Positions 51,601-60,470 of a stretch of DNA of 64,000 nt are shown in pieces. Each line of letters starts with the position of its first letter. Position 1 is the first letter of the stretch. Origin of the DNA: Bdellovibrionales bacterium (GTDB lineage Bacteria; Bdellovibrionota; Bdellovibrionia; Bdellovibrionales; UBA1609); NCBI GenBank assembly GCA_965205945.1, contig CBDBIB010000002.1:128001-192000 (forward strand). Direction: 5' to 3'. A program made the translations under genes and the position numbers. The notes beneath the pieces are model-generated. The model was not told where the DNA came from, ran no database searches, and saw only the letters and a program-made list of their open reading frames with translations.

Positions 51601-54600
51601 CTAGTGGAAGGGTTGGGGTTGGTAAGGCTAGTCCTGAGGCTTTATTAGACGTTGCTGGAACAGCAAGAATAACACAAATTTGTGATGAAAGAGGAGCAAA
51701 TTGTAAGAATGTGTCTGAAGGTTGGAGTTTAGCAAGTCTGGCGGCAAACACAGTGACCTACACTCCATTTGGAAACATTCAGGCTACAGATGTAGAAGGT
51801 GCACTTAATGAACTTGAATCTAGAAAAGCTCCAATAACTAGAACTATTACAACGGCTTTAAACAGTGGATTAAGTGGAGGTGGAGATTTATCGACTGATA
51901 GAAGTTTAAGTGTAGACATTAACAAAACTACAGAAAAAACTACGGCTGATTCTTTAGACAGTGTTTTAATATATGATGTTTCTCAAAGTGGTCTTAAAAA
52001 AATAACACATTCAAACTTTTTAAACGGTTATTTAAAAGCCTCTTTAGGAAAAAGTCGAGGCAACGCAATGGATGCTGGTGGAGTGCCTAGTTGTGAAAGC
52101 AATGAAAAACTTCAAATGAGTGAAGGTCCTATTTATTCCTGGTCATGTGAAGTTGATCAAAACACAAGTCTTTTAGGAAGCCAGGCTCAAGGGGATCTTA
52201 CAGGAACCTACCCAAACCCTAGTCTTACACCAACGGGTGTAACCCCAGGGACGTACCCAAAAGTTAGAGTTGATGTTAAAGGAAGAGTGGTTGAGGGTTT
52301 AAGTTTATTAAAATCTGATATACCAGATTTAAATGGAGAAAAGATCACTTCAGGAACCATTAGCACAGCTAGATTAGATGTTGGCACAGGGAGTAATCAG
52401 CTTGTTAAGCTTGATAGCTCTTTAAGACTGCCTGCTGTTGATGGAAGTCGGCTTATAAACTTACCAAGCAGTGCTGATAATATGGGAGATAGTATAGCTC
52501 GATTAAATATAAATCTTAACCAAAATTATTTAAGTGGAGACGGTGATAATGAGGGAATTATTATTGATGCTAGTGGAAGGGTTGGAGTTGGTAAGGCTAG
52601 TCCTGAGGCTTTATTAGACGTTGCTGGAACAGCAAGAATAACACAAATTTGTGATGAAAGAGGAGCAAATTGTAAGGATGTGTCTGAAGGTTGGAGTTTA
52701 GCAAGTCTAGCGGCAAACACGGTGACCTACACTCCATTTGGAAACATTCAGGCTACAGATGTAGAAGGTGCACTTAATGAACTTGAATCTAGAAAAGCTC
52801 CAATAACTAGAACTATTAGAACGGCTTTAAACAGTGGATTAAGTGGAGGTGGAGATTTATCAACTAATAGAAGTTTAAGTGTAGACATTAACGGAACTAC
52901 AGAAAAAACTACGGCTGATTCTTTAGACAGTGTTTTAATGTATGATGTTTCTCAAAGTGGTCTTAAAAAAATAACACATTCAAACTTTTTAAACGGTTAT
53001 TTAAAAGCCTCTTTAGGAAAAAATGCAGGCAACGCAATGGATGCTGGTGGGGTGCCTAGTTGTGAAAGCAATGAAAAACTTCAAATGAGTAATGGCCCTA
53101 TTTATTTATGGTCATGTGTGACAGACACAAGTCTTTTAGGAAGCCAGGCTCAAGGGGATCTTACAGGAACCTACCCGAACCCTAGTCTTATACCAACGGG
53201 TGTAACCCAAGGGACGTACCCAAAAGTTAGAGTTGATGTTAAAGGAAGAGTGGTTGAGGGTTTAAGTTTATTAAAATCTGATATACCAGATTTAAATGGA
53301 GAAAAGATCACTTCAGGAACCATTAGCACAGCTAGATTAGATGTTGGCACAGGGAGCAATCAGCTTATTAAGCTTGATAGCTCTTTAAGACTGCCTGCTG
53401 TTGATGGAAGTCGGCTTATAAACTTACCAAGCAGTGCTGATAATATGGGAGATGGCAGGGCTCGATTAAATATAAATCTTAACCAAAATTATTTAAGTGG
53501 AGACGGCGATGATGAAGGAATCACTATTAACAATAATGGTGATGTTTCTGTCTCTGGAAGCATTTCTACTCCAGGATCTATTAGTACATCTACTGTTACA
53601 TTTTTAAAAAAAGTTGGAACAGTTACAACCCCTTGTGACAGTTTAACTGAGGGTACTTTAAGGTATAATTCTTTAGGAAAAAAACTGGAGTTTTGCGATG
53701 GGGTAGTGTGGAAAACTTTTTTAAGTAACAATGATCCAACAATTTCTATTACAAACTCTTTAAGTGGATCTTACATTAATTCTATTAATGAGGGAGGTTT
53801 TAGGGTTTTAGGAACATGTTCTGAAAATGGTGAGCTTATCACATTCTCACATGGTACAAGCTTTATTACTTGTTCTAATAAAAGCTTTAGTGGTGATATT
53901 GATTTTTCAAGCCTAAGTGATGGTCCACTTTCACTAACTGCTAGTATCACAAACATTGCTGGAAATTCTAAAACTTCAGGTGTTTTAAATCTAATAAAAG
54001 ATACTAAACCCCCTATTGTCAGTATTGGAAGCCATATAATAAGCAGTTCAAATTCTATAGACTTTCCCATAACTGTAAGCCAAGACTTTAGTAGTATAAA
54101 CCTAGAAAAGAGCAATGTCAGCCTTACTGGAGCTACTACAGGTTGCACAGTTTTAGTAACAAATGGAACAACTATTAATCCAAGTATTAGGATTTCAGAC
54201 TGCAGTGATGAAACCGGAAATATTCAAATTACAATCGCCTCTGGTGTTGCACAAGATGCAGCCGGAAACCTGTCTGATGTAGTTAGTTTAAGCACTGAAA
54301 TACAAAATTTAGGAACCCCTTTTACAGCTAAATTTAGAATTTATGGTAGTGATTTGAATTTAAATCTTAGGTTAAATTCTTCTTATACATATAACTTTAT
54401 GGTTAATTGGGGGGATGGAACCTCGGGAGTTGTTACTTCATCAAGTGATTTAGATAAAAATCATACTTATTCATCTTCAGGGACTTATATAGTTAAAATC
54501 ACTGGGCGCTGCCCATATCTTAACTTTCGTGATAGCGAGCAAATAATTGAGGTTACAGAATTAGGAGACACAGGGTGGGAAAGTTTTAGTTATATGTTTT

Positions 54601-55565
54601 ATAAAGCAGATAACTTAACTCTTGTTAATGGTGGCTCAACTAGACATGTTACTAGTATGAACTCTATGTTTTCTTATGCAGCTTTAGCTAACCCTGACAC
54701 CTCTAACTGGGACACTTCTAAGGTTACTAGTATGGGCTATATGTTTTCTTATGCAGCTTTAGCTAACCCTGACACCTCTAACTGGGACACTTCTAAGGTT
54801 ACTAATATGAGCTGGATGTTTTATGATGCAGCTTTAGCTAACCCTGACACCTCTGACTGGGACACTTCTAAGGTTACTGATATGGGCTTGATGTTTTATG
54901 ATGCAGCTTTAGCTAACCCTGACACCTCTAACTGGGACACTTCTAAGGTTACTGCTATGAACTCTATGTTTTATAATGCAGATTTAGCTAACCCTGACAC
55001 CTCTGACTGGGACACTTCTAAGGTTACTGATATGGGCTTTATGTTTTCTTATGCAGCTTTAGCTAACCCTGACACCTCTAACTGGGACACTTCTAAGGTT
55101 ACTAATATGGGCTTGATGTTTTATAATGCAGATTTAGCTAACCCTGACACCTCTGACTGGGACACTTCTAAGGTTACTAATATGTATCAGATGTTTTATA
55201 ATGCAGCTTTAGCTAACCCTGACACCTCTAACTGGGACACTTCTAAGGTTACTAATATGGGCTTGATGTTTTATAATGCAGATTTAGCTAACCCTGACAC
55301 CTCTGACTGGGACACTTCTAAGGTTACTCGTATGGGCTATATGTTTTATAATGCAGATTTAGCTAACCCTGACACCTCTGACTGGGACACTTCTAAGGTT
55401 ACTGATATGGAGAGTATGTTTAATAATGCAGCTTCTTTTGATCAAGACATCAGTTCATGGAATGTTTCTAACGTTGTCTATTGCGAGAGTTTTTCAAGCC
55501 GAACTTTAACTTCTTGGACTCGTGCTGAAAAACCTAATTTTACACGTTGTAGCCCTGGTTATTAA
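48630..55565 (+). CDS. Giant fibre/adhesin (Bdellovibrio MAT/tail-fibre-like N-terminus and shaft, Ig/PKD-like domains, BspA/DUF285 repeat tip)
   Basis: Signal-like segment then FVFQGQIVKPNG..LE...VSF...CLLYEE...GVF.L.VG. Shaft motifs GDLTGTYPNP, YPKVRVDVKGRV, GRVGVG..SP..LLDVAG, GLSGGGDLS.DR. PKD-like VNWGDG..HTYSSSGTY. Tip of 25-aa WDTSKVT.M..MF repeats. Confidence 0.85.
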   Translation: MLSFSSEIYNMYRVYDLLKNFIEIGVKALTFFTILLLTPHSLATPSSFVFQGQIVKPNGDALEENNVSFLVQVLSSMDHCLLYEESFNLNMIGSKGVFNLNVGSGINTGNGGLTNLSKALDNSFLNNKSLSCAFGSSYTPTLNDTRRLRVTFDHGSGPLTLTNDHIIHSVPYAQYAGKLGGKAVNDFIQVSRGVTQSNLETVFDNDANQRELMALINGSSNQYSPLSISGASSLPSFSSSHPPPNSQAGDIWYNSTNNQIMYYNGSAATVVGKGSGTVTSITAGSGLSGGTITNSGTILIAPGGVLNSHLASGIHANKITSGILPSSVVPTGTDNTKLPLTGGVLLGDLNFNNNQILNTSHIMQNPGSTMTLGSYTNLEEVSLLGSMNMSNAGATWYNSDSGALKYWNGVSLEVLSTLSSASSVLVNAPLTSSGGSNPTISINLGRGLYNNSGNIDLDLDSSGGLEFNINKLKVKVGSGLKITPRGLEADIGSGLGQLMQVDTLPVCTSGEKIQRNPGAIISYSCVADIDTDTDTSLLGSQAQGDLTGTYPNPSLTPTGVTQGAYPKVRVDVKGRVVEGLSLLKSDIPDLNGEKITSGIISTARLDVGTGSNQLIKLDSSLRLPAVDGSRLINLPSSADNMGDGIARLNINLNQNYLSGDGDNEGIIIDASGRVGVGKASPEALLDVAGTARITQICDERGANCKDVSEGWSLASLAANTVTYTPFGNIQATDVEGALNELESRKAPITRTIRTALNSGLSGGGDLSTDRSLSVDINKTTEKTTADSLDSVLMYDVSQSGLKKITHSNFLNGYLKASLGTSRGNAMDAGGVPSCEANEKLQMSEGPIYLWSCVTDTSLLGSQAQGDLTGTYPNPSLTPTGVTQGAYPKVRVDVKGRVVEGLSLLKSDIPDLNGEKITSGTISTARLDVGTGSNQLIKLDSSLRLPAVDGSRLINLPSSADNMGDSIARLNISLNQNYLSGDGDNEGIIIDASGRVGVGKASPEALLDVAGTARITQICDERGANCKNVSEGWSLASLAANTVTYTPFGNIQATDVEGALNELESRKAPITRTITTALNSGLSGGGDLSTDRSLSVDINKTTEKTTADSLDSVLIYDVSQSGLKKITHSNFLNGYLKASLGKSRGNAMDAGGVPSCESNEKLQMSEGPIYSWSCEVDQNTSLLGSQAQGDLTGTYPNPSLTPTGVTPGTYPKVRVDVKGRVVEGLSLLKSDIPDLNGEKITSGTISTARLDVGTGSNQLVKLDSSLRLPAVDGSRLINLPSSADNMGDSIARLNINLNQNYLSGDGDNEGIIIDASGRVGVGKASPEALLDVAGTARITQICDERGANCKDVSEGWSLASLAANTVTYTPFGNIQATDVEGALNELESRKAPITRTIRTALNSGLSGGGDLSTNRSLSVDINGTTEKTTADSLDSVLMYDVSQSGLKKITHSNFLNGYLKASLGKNAGNAMDAGGVPSCESNEKLQMSNGPIYLWSCVTDTSLLGSQAQGDLTGTYPNPSLIPTGVTQGTYPKVRVDVKGRVVEGLSLLKSDIPDLNGEKITSGTISTARLDVGTGSNQLIKLDSSLRLPAVDGSRLINLPSSADNMGDGRARLNINLNQNYLSGDGDDEGITINNNGDVSVSGSISTPGSISTSTVTFLKKVGTVTTPCDSLTEGTLRYNSLGKKLEFCDGVVWKTFLSNNDPTISITNSLSGSYINSINEGGFRVLGTCSENGELITFSHGTSFITCSNKSFSGDIDFSSLSDGPLSLTASITNIAGNSKTSGVLNLIKDTKPPIVSIGSHIISSSNSIDFPITVSQDFSSINLEKSNVSLTGATTGCTVLVTNGTTINPSIRISDCSDETGNIQITIASGVAQDAAGNLSDVVSLSTEIQNLGTPFTAKFRIYGSDLNLNLRLNSSYTYNFMVNWGDGTSGVVTSSSDLDKNHTYSSSGTYIVKITGRCPYLNFRDSEQIIEVTELGDTGWESFSYMFYKADNLTLVNGGSTRHVTSMNSMFSYAALANPDTSNWDTSKVTSMGYMFSYAALANPDTSNWDTSKVTNMSWMFYDAALANPDTSDWDTSKVTDMGLMFYDAALANPDTSNWDTSKVTAMNSMFYNADLANPDTSDWDTSKVTDMGFMFSYAALANPDTSNWDTSKVTNMGLMFYNADLANPDTSDWDTSKVTNMYQMFYNAALANPDTSNWDTSKVTNMGLMFYNADLANPDTSDWDTSKVTRMGYMFYNADLANPDTSDWDTSKVTDMESMFNNAASFDQDISSWNVSNVVYCESFSSRTLTSWTRAEKPNFTRCSPGY
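50232..53519 (+). repeat. Large intragenic tandem repeat, 3 full units plus ~0.4 unit (963, 969 and 963 bp)
   Basis: ACAAGTCTTTTAGGAAGCCAGGCTC starts at 50232, 51195, 52164 and 53127; units are nearly identical. Confidence 0.95.
54648..55433 (+). repeat. 75-bp tandem repeat, 10 full units plus a partial 11th (BspA/DUF285-type 25-aa repeat)
   Basis: GTTACT starts at 54648, 54723, 54798 ... 55398; units 7 and 9 are identical. Confidence 0.97.
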
Positions 55566-55811
55566 TTTATTTTTTTTTGATGAATAGAAGAGCTTACTTT
55601 AAGAGATCTGCTTTATGTAAGACAGTACCCTTTTTTAACAAGCTCACTAAAGGTTTTATGGCAATTAATTTTATTATTATAAATAACAATGAGGCTAAGA
55701 GTCTCTACAACGAATATTTCAATGCAAAGATTTGATTGTATAAGCGGATGTAGAAAAACAAAAAAATGAGGTGTTTAAAGATTTCCTAATTTCTACAAAT
55801 CTGTTGTAAGA

Positions 55812-55989
55812 TAACCCGAAGAAGATCACCTATTTGATAAACTGTTACTGAGGAATAAGATATATTGTTAAGACTGTTTTGTCAGTATTAACAGTATATT
55901 GTCTGTGCCCTTTTAAACCATCAATCCATATTCAAAAACCCACAAAAATAGAATGTTACAGCAGATTTAAAAAGTTCGAATTCGGGTTA
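55812..55989 (+). mobile_element. Miniature, internally deleted IS982-derived element
   Basis: Ends TAACCCGAA (55812-55820) and TTCGGGTTA (55981-55989) are perfect inverted repeats. The interior (TTTGATAAACTGTTACTGAG...GATATATTGTTAAGACTGTTTT...TTTTAAACCA...CAGATTTAAAAAGT) matches the reverse complement of the 3' end of the 47.1-47.9 kb remnant. Confidence 0.8.
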
Positions 55990-56097
55990 GTAATGTTAAT
56001 TGAATGAAATAATCCTTAAAAAGAATTTTCTAAAAGTCTTTATTATTTTTTTTAATTCTAATTTAGGAGTTTTTTTATAAGGTTAGTATAAAATATT

Positions 56098-56706
56098 TTA
56101 TTCAAAAGGAGCTTTTATAATGCCTTTTGCAAGTTCAATAGTCTTAAATTTATTATTTTTAATTTTAAAAACTCCAAGATTTGTAATTACTTTTGAGACG
56201 CAGCCAACACCTGTTAAGGGTAGAGTACATTTTTTTAAAAGTTTTGAGTTTCCTTTTTTATCTGTGTGTTGCATGACTACGATTACTTTTTTTGAAGAAG
56301 CAACTAGGTCCATGGCTCCTCCCATGCCTTTAACCATTTTTCCAGGAATCATCCAGTTAGCGATGTCGCCATTTTCTGCAACTTGCATAGCACCTAAAAT
56401 AGTTAAGTCTACATGCTGACCTCTAATCATTGCAAAGCTTTCTGCTGAATCAAAAAATGAAGCTCCAGGAACAGCTGTTACTGTTTGTTTTCCTGCATTG
56501 ATAAGATCGGCTTGGACATCTTCATCTTTTGGGAAAGGTCCCATTCCTAGCAAACCATTTTCACTTTGCAAAAGAACAGATTTTGTCTGAGGAATAAAGT
56601 TTGAGACTAGAGTAGGAATACCAATTCCTAGGTTTACTGTAAACCCATCTTTAATCTCTTGAGCAGCTTTCATTGCCATTTGATCTCTTGTCCATCCTTG
56701 AGTCAT
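56098..56706 (-). CDS. scoB: 3-oxoacid CoA-transferase subunit B
   Basis: [41 protein letters not shown]. Confidence 0.95.
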   Translation of the reverse strand: MTQGWTRDQMAMKAAQEIKDGFTVNLGIGIPTLVSNFIPQTKSVLLQSENGLLGMGPFPKDEDVQADLINAGKQTVTAVPGASFFDSAESFAMIRGQHVDLTILGAMQVAENGDIANWMIPGKMVKGMGGAMDLVASSKKVIVVMQHTDKKGNSKLLKKCTLPLTGVGCVSKVITNLGVFKIKNNKFKTIELAKGIIKAPFE

Positions 56707-57401
56707 GGTTCACTCCTTACAGTTCTTTGCTCTATGCGTTTTTCAAATTTTTCACCTTTAATAACTCTTTGAACGTAGATTCCTGGAACATGCACTTGAT
56801 CAGGATTTATTAAACCAATAGGTACAATTTCTTCAACCTCTGCAACAGTTATCGTTCCAGCTTTTGCCATAATAGGGTTAAAGTTAGCAGCAGTTTTATT
56901 AAAAATTAAGTTTCCATAGGCATCAGCTTTTTGAGCTTTTATGAAAGCAAAATCAGCATGAAGAGCTTTTTCTAAAATGTAAGTTCGTCCATTAAAGATT
57001 TTATGTTCTTTGTCTTCAGCTACTTTTGTTCCAACACCGGTTGCCGTGTAAAACCCTGGAATTCCAGCTCCACCAGCTCTTATTTTTTCAGCTAAAGTTC
57101 CTTGTGGAGTAAGTTCTACGTCTAAAACTCCAGATAAAAATTGTTCTGCAAAAAGTTTATTTTCTCCAACATAACTTGAGATCATTTTTTTTATTTGTTT
57201 TGTTTCTAGTAAAAGCCCCAAACCAAAACCGTCAATACCAGCGTTATTTGATATGCAAGTTAGGCCGGTGACGCCAGATTGTTTAAGTGCAGCTATGGCA
57301 TTTTCTGGAATGCCACAAAGACCAAATCCTCCAACCATTAAAGTCATATTATTTTTTACACCTTTAATAGCTTCATTAATTGAATTTACAACCTTATTCA
57401 T
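56703..57401 (-). CDS. scoA: 3-oxoacid CoA-transferase subunit A
   Basis: [35 protein letters not shown]. Confidence 0.95.
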   Translation of the reverse strand: MNKVVNSINEAIKGVKNNMTLMVGGFGLCGIPENAIAALKQSGVTGLTCISNNAGIDGFGLGLLLETKQIKKMISSYVGENKLFAEQFLSGVLDVELTPQGTLAEKIRAGGAGIPGFYTATGVGTKVAEDKEHKIFNGRTYILEKALHADFAFIKAQKADAYGNLIFNKTAANFNPIMAKAGTITVAEVEEIVPIGLINPDQVHVPGIYVQRVIKGEKFEKRIEQRTVRSEP

Positions 57402-57409
57402 GCTTTCTC

Positions 57410-58585
57410 CTATATTCTTTCAACTAACACAGCCACAGCTTCTCCACCACCAATGCAAATACTGGCTATTCCAAATTGTTTATTTTGAGTGTGTAATGCG
57501 TTTATAAGAGTTGTAAAAATTCTTGCACCACTTGCTCCAATAGGGTGGCCAAGGGACACAGCTCCACCATGTACATTTACTTTTTCATTTGGTATAGCTA
57601 ATTCTTTTTGAGCAGCCATTGTTACTACAGCAAAAGCTTCATTTATCTCAAAAAGGTCTATATCAGAAACTGTTTTATTAGTTTTTTCTAAAAGACTTTT
57701 TATTGCAAAAATAGGTGCTGTTGTAAACCACTTAGGGTCTTGTGCAAAAGTTGTATAGTTAATAATTTTAGCCAAAGGTTTTACTAAAGTTTCAGATGAA
57801 AGGTTACTGTTTGCTAAAACTAATGCACAGGCGCCATCATTAATCTTACTTGCGTTTGCAGCAGTGATTGTGCCTCCTTTTTCAAAGGCAGGCTTTAAGC
57901 CTAATATTTTATCAAATCGAGCTTTTCTAGGCTCGTCATCTATTGCTATAAATGTTGATCTTTTATGATCTTTTATTTCAACTGGAATAAGCTCATTTTC
58001 AAAAAAACCTTTTTCTTGGGCCATTTGTGATTTTTTATAGCTTTTTATTGCAAATTGATCCTGTTCTTCACGGGTAAATGAGTACTCCTTAACACAGAGC
58101 TCAGCAGCATTGCCCATATGCCAATTATTATTAGGATCCCAAAGGCCATCTTTAAGCATAGTGTCTTCAATTTTAATATGACCCATGCGGTATCCTGTTC
58201 TTGAATTTGGTAAAATATGGGGAGTTAAAGACATGTTCTCCATTCCCCCAACAATTACAGCTTTAGTATGCCCAAGTCGTATAGAATCAGCCCCTAACAT
58301 CAGGGCTTTTAAACCTGAACCACAAACTTTATTAATAGTCATTGATGTAATGCTTTTGGGAAGATCTGCCGCAATAATAGCTTGTCTTGCAGGGGCCTGG
58401 CCTAAACCAGCTGTAAGAACGTTACCCATTATACATTCTCCAATAAGAGAAGGGTTAAAACCACTTTTTAAAACAGCTTCTTTAATGGCTATAGCTCCAA
58501 GCTGTGTAGCTGGTAGAGTAGAAAGAGAGCCACCAAAGGCTCCAATAGGTGTTCTTTTTGCTGAAAAAACAAGTATATCTAACAT
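57410..58585 (-). CDS. atoB: Acetyl-CoA C-acetyltransferase (thiolase)
   Basis: [30 protein letters not shown]. Confidence 0.93.
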   Translation of the reverse strand: MLDILVFSAKRTPIGAFGGSLSTLPATQLGAIAIKEAVLKSGFNPSLIGECIMGNVLTAGLGQAPARQAIIAADLPKSITSMTINKVCGSGLKALMLGADSIRLGHTKAVIVGGMENMSLTPHILPNSRTGYRMGHIKIEDTMLKDGLWDPNNNWHMGNAAELCVKEYSFTREEQDQFAIKSYKKSQMAQEKGFFENELIPVEIKDHKRSTFIAIDDEPRKARFDKILGLKPAFEKGGTITAANASKINDGACALVLANSNLSSETLVKPLAKIINYTTFAQDPKWFTTAPIFAIKSLLEKTNKTVSDIDLFEINEAFAVVTMAAQKELAIPNEKVNVHGGAVSLGHPIGASGARIFTTLINALHTQNKQFGIASICIGGGEAVAVLVERI

Positions 58586-58723
58586 ATTTAGCTCCTGTAG
58601 TAAATTTTTTTAAGATGGTTCATGCTTGCGACCAAGAAAGAATCCTGTCATATTGATGGATATATTTAAAGTTAAAACGTATTAAATTTAATAAAATCTA
58701 TAATTTAATAATTTAGAGGGCAG

Positions 58724-59704
58724 ATGGCTACTAAAAAGAAAATAAAAAAGAAAAAAACTATTGTAAAGAAGAAAGTAGCTAGAAAGAAAGCTGGAGTAAA
58801 AGCAGTAATTAAGAAGAAAACAACAAAAAAAGCTAGTTTAAAAAAGAAGGCGACAAAAAAAAAGGTTGTTAGAAAAAAGGCTACTGCAAAAAAGAAAGTT
58901 GCTAGAAAAACCTTTGTGAAAAAAAAGGCTACTGCAAAAAAGAAAGTTGCTAGAAAAACCTTTGTGAAAAAAAAGGCTACTGCAAAAAAGAAAGTTGCTA
59001 GAAAAACCTTTGTGAAAAAAAAGGCTGCTGCAAAAAAGAAAGTTGCTAAAAAAGCTGTTCCTAAGAAAAAAAAAATAATTAAAAAAGTAGTACCAAAAAA
59101 AGTTAAAAGTAGGAAAAAGGTTGTAACTAAGAAAGTTATTACAAAGAAAAAAGTAACTAAAATAGTTAAAGAGCCTAAAAGTACTTTGGCTAAATCAGAC
59201 TTTAAGTTAGTAAAAAAGGCCGGTTTAAAGGTTGATGAAGCTTTAAGATCTAAAATTTTAAAAAAAGTTGGAAAAATTGTTAAGTCTTTTAAAACTTTAG
59301 AAGAAGCAAAGGCTATAACACAAGAAAAAATTACAGAGGCCTTGGCTAATATAGCAAGTGCTAAAAGTACAGGAACAGTGTCTATTACAGATGCAGAGGG
59401 TCGTATTTTATGTAGATCTGTTAATTGCGATCAAGTTTCAGTAGTTGAAGGGTATTGTCGATACCATTACTTATTGTATTGGAAGAAAATTCAGCTTAGA
59501 AGAAAAATTCTTTCAGAAGGGAAATTAGAAAAATACGTTCAAGAGCTTACAGCAAGATACCCAGATAAATACTTAGATATTTTATTAAAAGATTTAGCTT
59601 CAGAGAAAAGCTTTCAACAGACTTGTCATGAATTAGGTATTGGTGGTAGTGAGAATGAAATGGATCCTGATGATGAGAATAATGACAATGATCCTGATTT
59701 TTAG
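58724..59704 (+). CDS. Histone H1-like Lys/Ala-rich protein with C-terminal CCCH-type domain and acidic tail
   Basis: About 150 aa of K/A/V/T-rich repeats, then C..VNC...GYCRYH and a D/E/N-rich tail. Confidence 0.75.
   Translation: MATKKKIKKKKTIVKKKVARKKAGVKAVIKKKTTKKASLKKKATKKKVVRKKATAKKKVARKTFVKKKATAKKKVARKTFVKKKATAKKKVARKTFVKKKAAAKKKVAKKAVPKKKKIIKKVVPKKVKSRKKVVTKKVITKKKVTKIVKEPKSTLAKSDFKLVKKAGLKVDEALRSKILKKVGKIVKSFKTLEEAKAITQEKITEALANIASAKSTGTVSITDAEGRILCRSVNCDQVSVVEGYCRYHYLLYWKKIQLRRKILSEGKLEKYVQELTARYPDKYLDILLKDLASEKSFQQTCHELGIGGSENEMDPDDENNDNDPDF
58873..59047 (+). repeat. 48-bp tandem repeat (~3.5 units) encoding [16 protein letters not shown]
   Basis: GCT(A/G)CTGCAAAAAAGAAAGTTGCT at 58880, 58928, 58976 and 59024. 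Confidence 0.9.
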
Positions 59705-59811
59705 GAATGTTTAAATTAAAAATTATTTTAATTATAGAATATAATATATTTTATTTAAATGGCCTTGCTTGAGTACAAGTTTGTTAATTCTAAGTATTTT
59801 TAAAAAAGTGT

Positions 59812-60345
59812 TTATTTAAAAGTAAATTTAGAGTTTTGAAGAGTTTTAACAATTTTTTGAATTTCATCTGAATCTGAGGTATCTCCAATAATAAGTGTTT
59901 CTTTAGGTGGAGGTGTTTTGCTCTCATTTAAAAGTATATTAGCTTGAAGCTCTAGTTTTGTGTTTGTAGCATCAAATTTATAAAAAATATCAGATTTTTC
60001 ATTTATTAGATTCCAATAGTAGGAGAAATGTTCAAGGTTATTATTTTTAAAATAATCAGTAAAAAGCTTTTTGGTGCTAAAAACTAGGTTTTCTAAAGAG
60101 TTTATAACATTAGTTTTAGAGCTTGTGGTTTTAACTGAGGTGTCAAAATTTGTTTGTACTATGCTGTTGTTTTTAACGTAGCCTATGCGAAGTATGATTT
60201 CTCCCTGATAAATACGCCCGAAGGTAAAAAATGAACCTTCATTTGCGGGTTTTTTAAAGTCTTTTTTAAAACTGTCTTTAATGGCTTTAAGCAGCTCTAT
60301 GGGTAAGAGAGTATAGGCTGTGTTTCTTTTATTTCTTGGAGTGAT
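59812..60345 (-). CDS. Hypothetical protein (177 aa) absent from the ORF track; apparent ATC start
   Basis: Open frame (I/M)TPRNKRNTAYTLLP...FGRIYQGEIILRIGY...NTKLELQANILL...FK*. SD AAGGAGG (60357-60351) lies 5 nt before ATC; no in-frame ATG, GTG or TTG found. Confidence 0.75.
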   Translation of the reverse strand: MTPRNKRNTAYTLLPIELLKAIKDSFKKDFKKPANEGSFFTFGRIYQGEIILRIGYVKNNSIVQTNFDTSVKTTSSKTNVINSLENLVFSTKKLFTDYFKNNNLEHFSYYWNLINEKSDIFYKFDATNTKLELQANILLNESKTPPPKETLIIGDTSDSDEIQKIVKTLQNSKFTFK

Positions 60346-60470
60346 TAGAGCCTCCTTAACGCTACGCGCTAATAAGAAGTTTTTTATAGAAACATTTTTA
60401 GGGATCTTGGATAAAGAGTCAAGACATTGACCCTGTAAACCCTTAGATTTAATATCATTATGGAGGCTTT

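Noticed and set aside
54648..55433. 75-bp repeat array as a CRISPR array
   Set aside because: It is in frame within a CDS, the variable parts are single codons rather than unique spacers, and there are no cas genes.
55960..55990. GTTCGAATTC as a tRNA T-loop
   Set aside because: No cloverleaf can be built; the sequence is the IS982-like terminal repeat.
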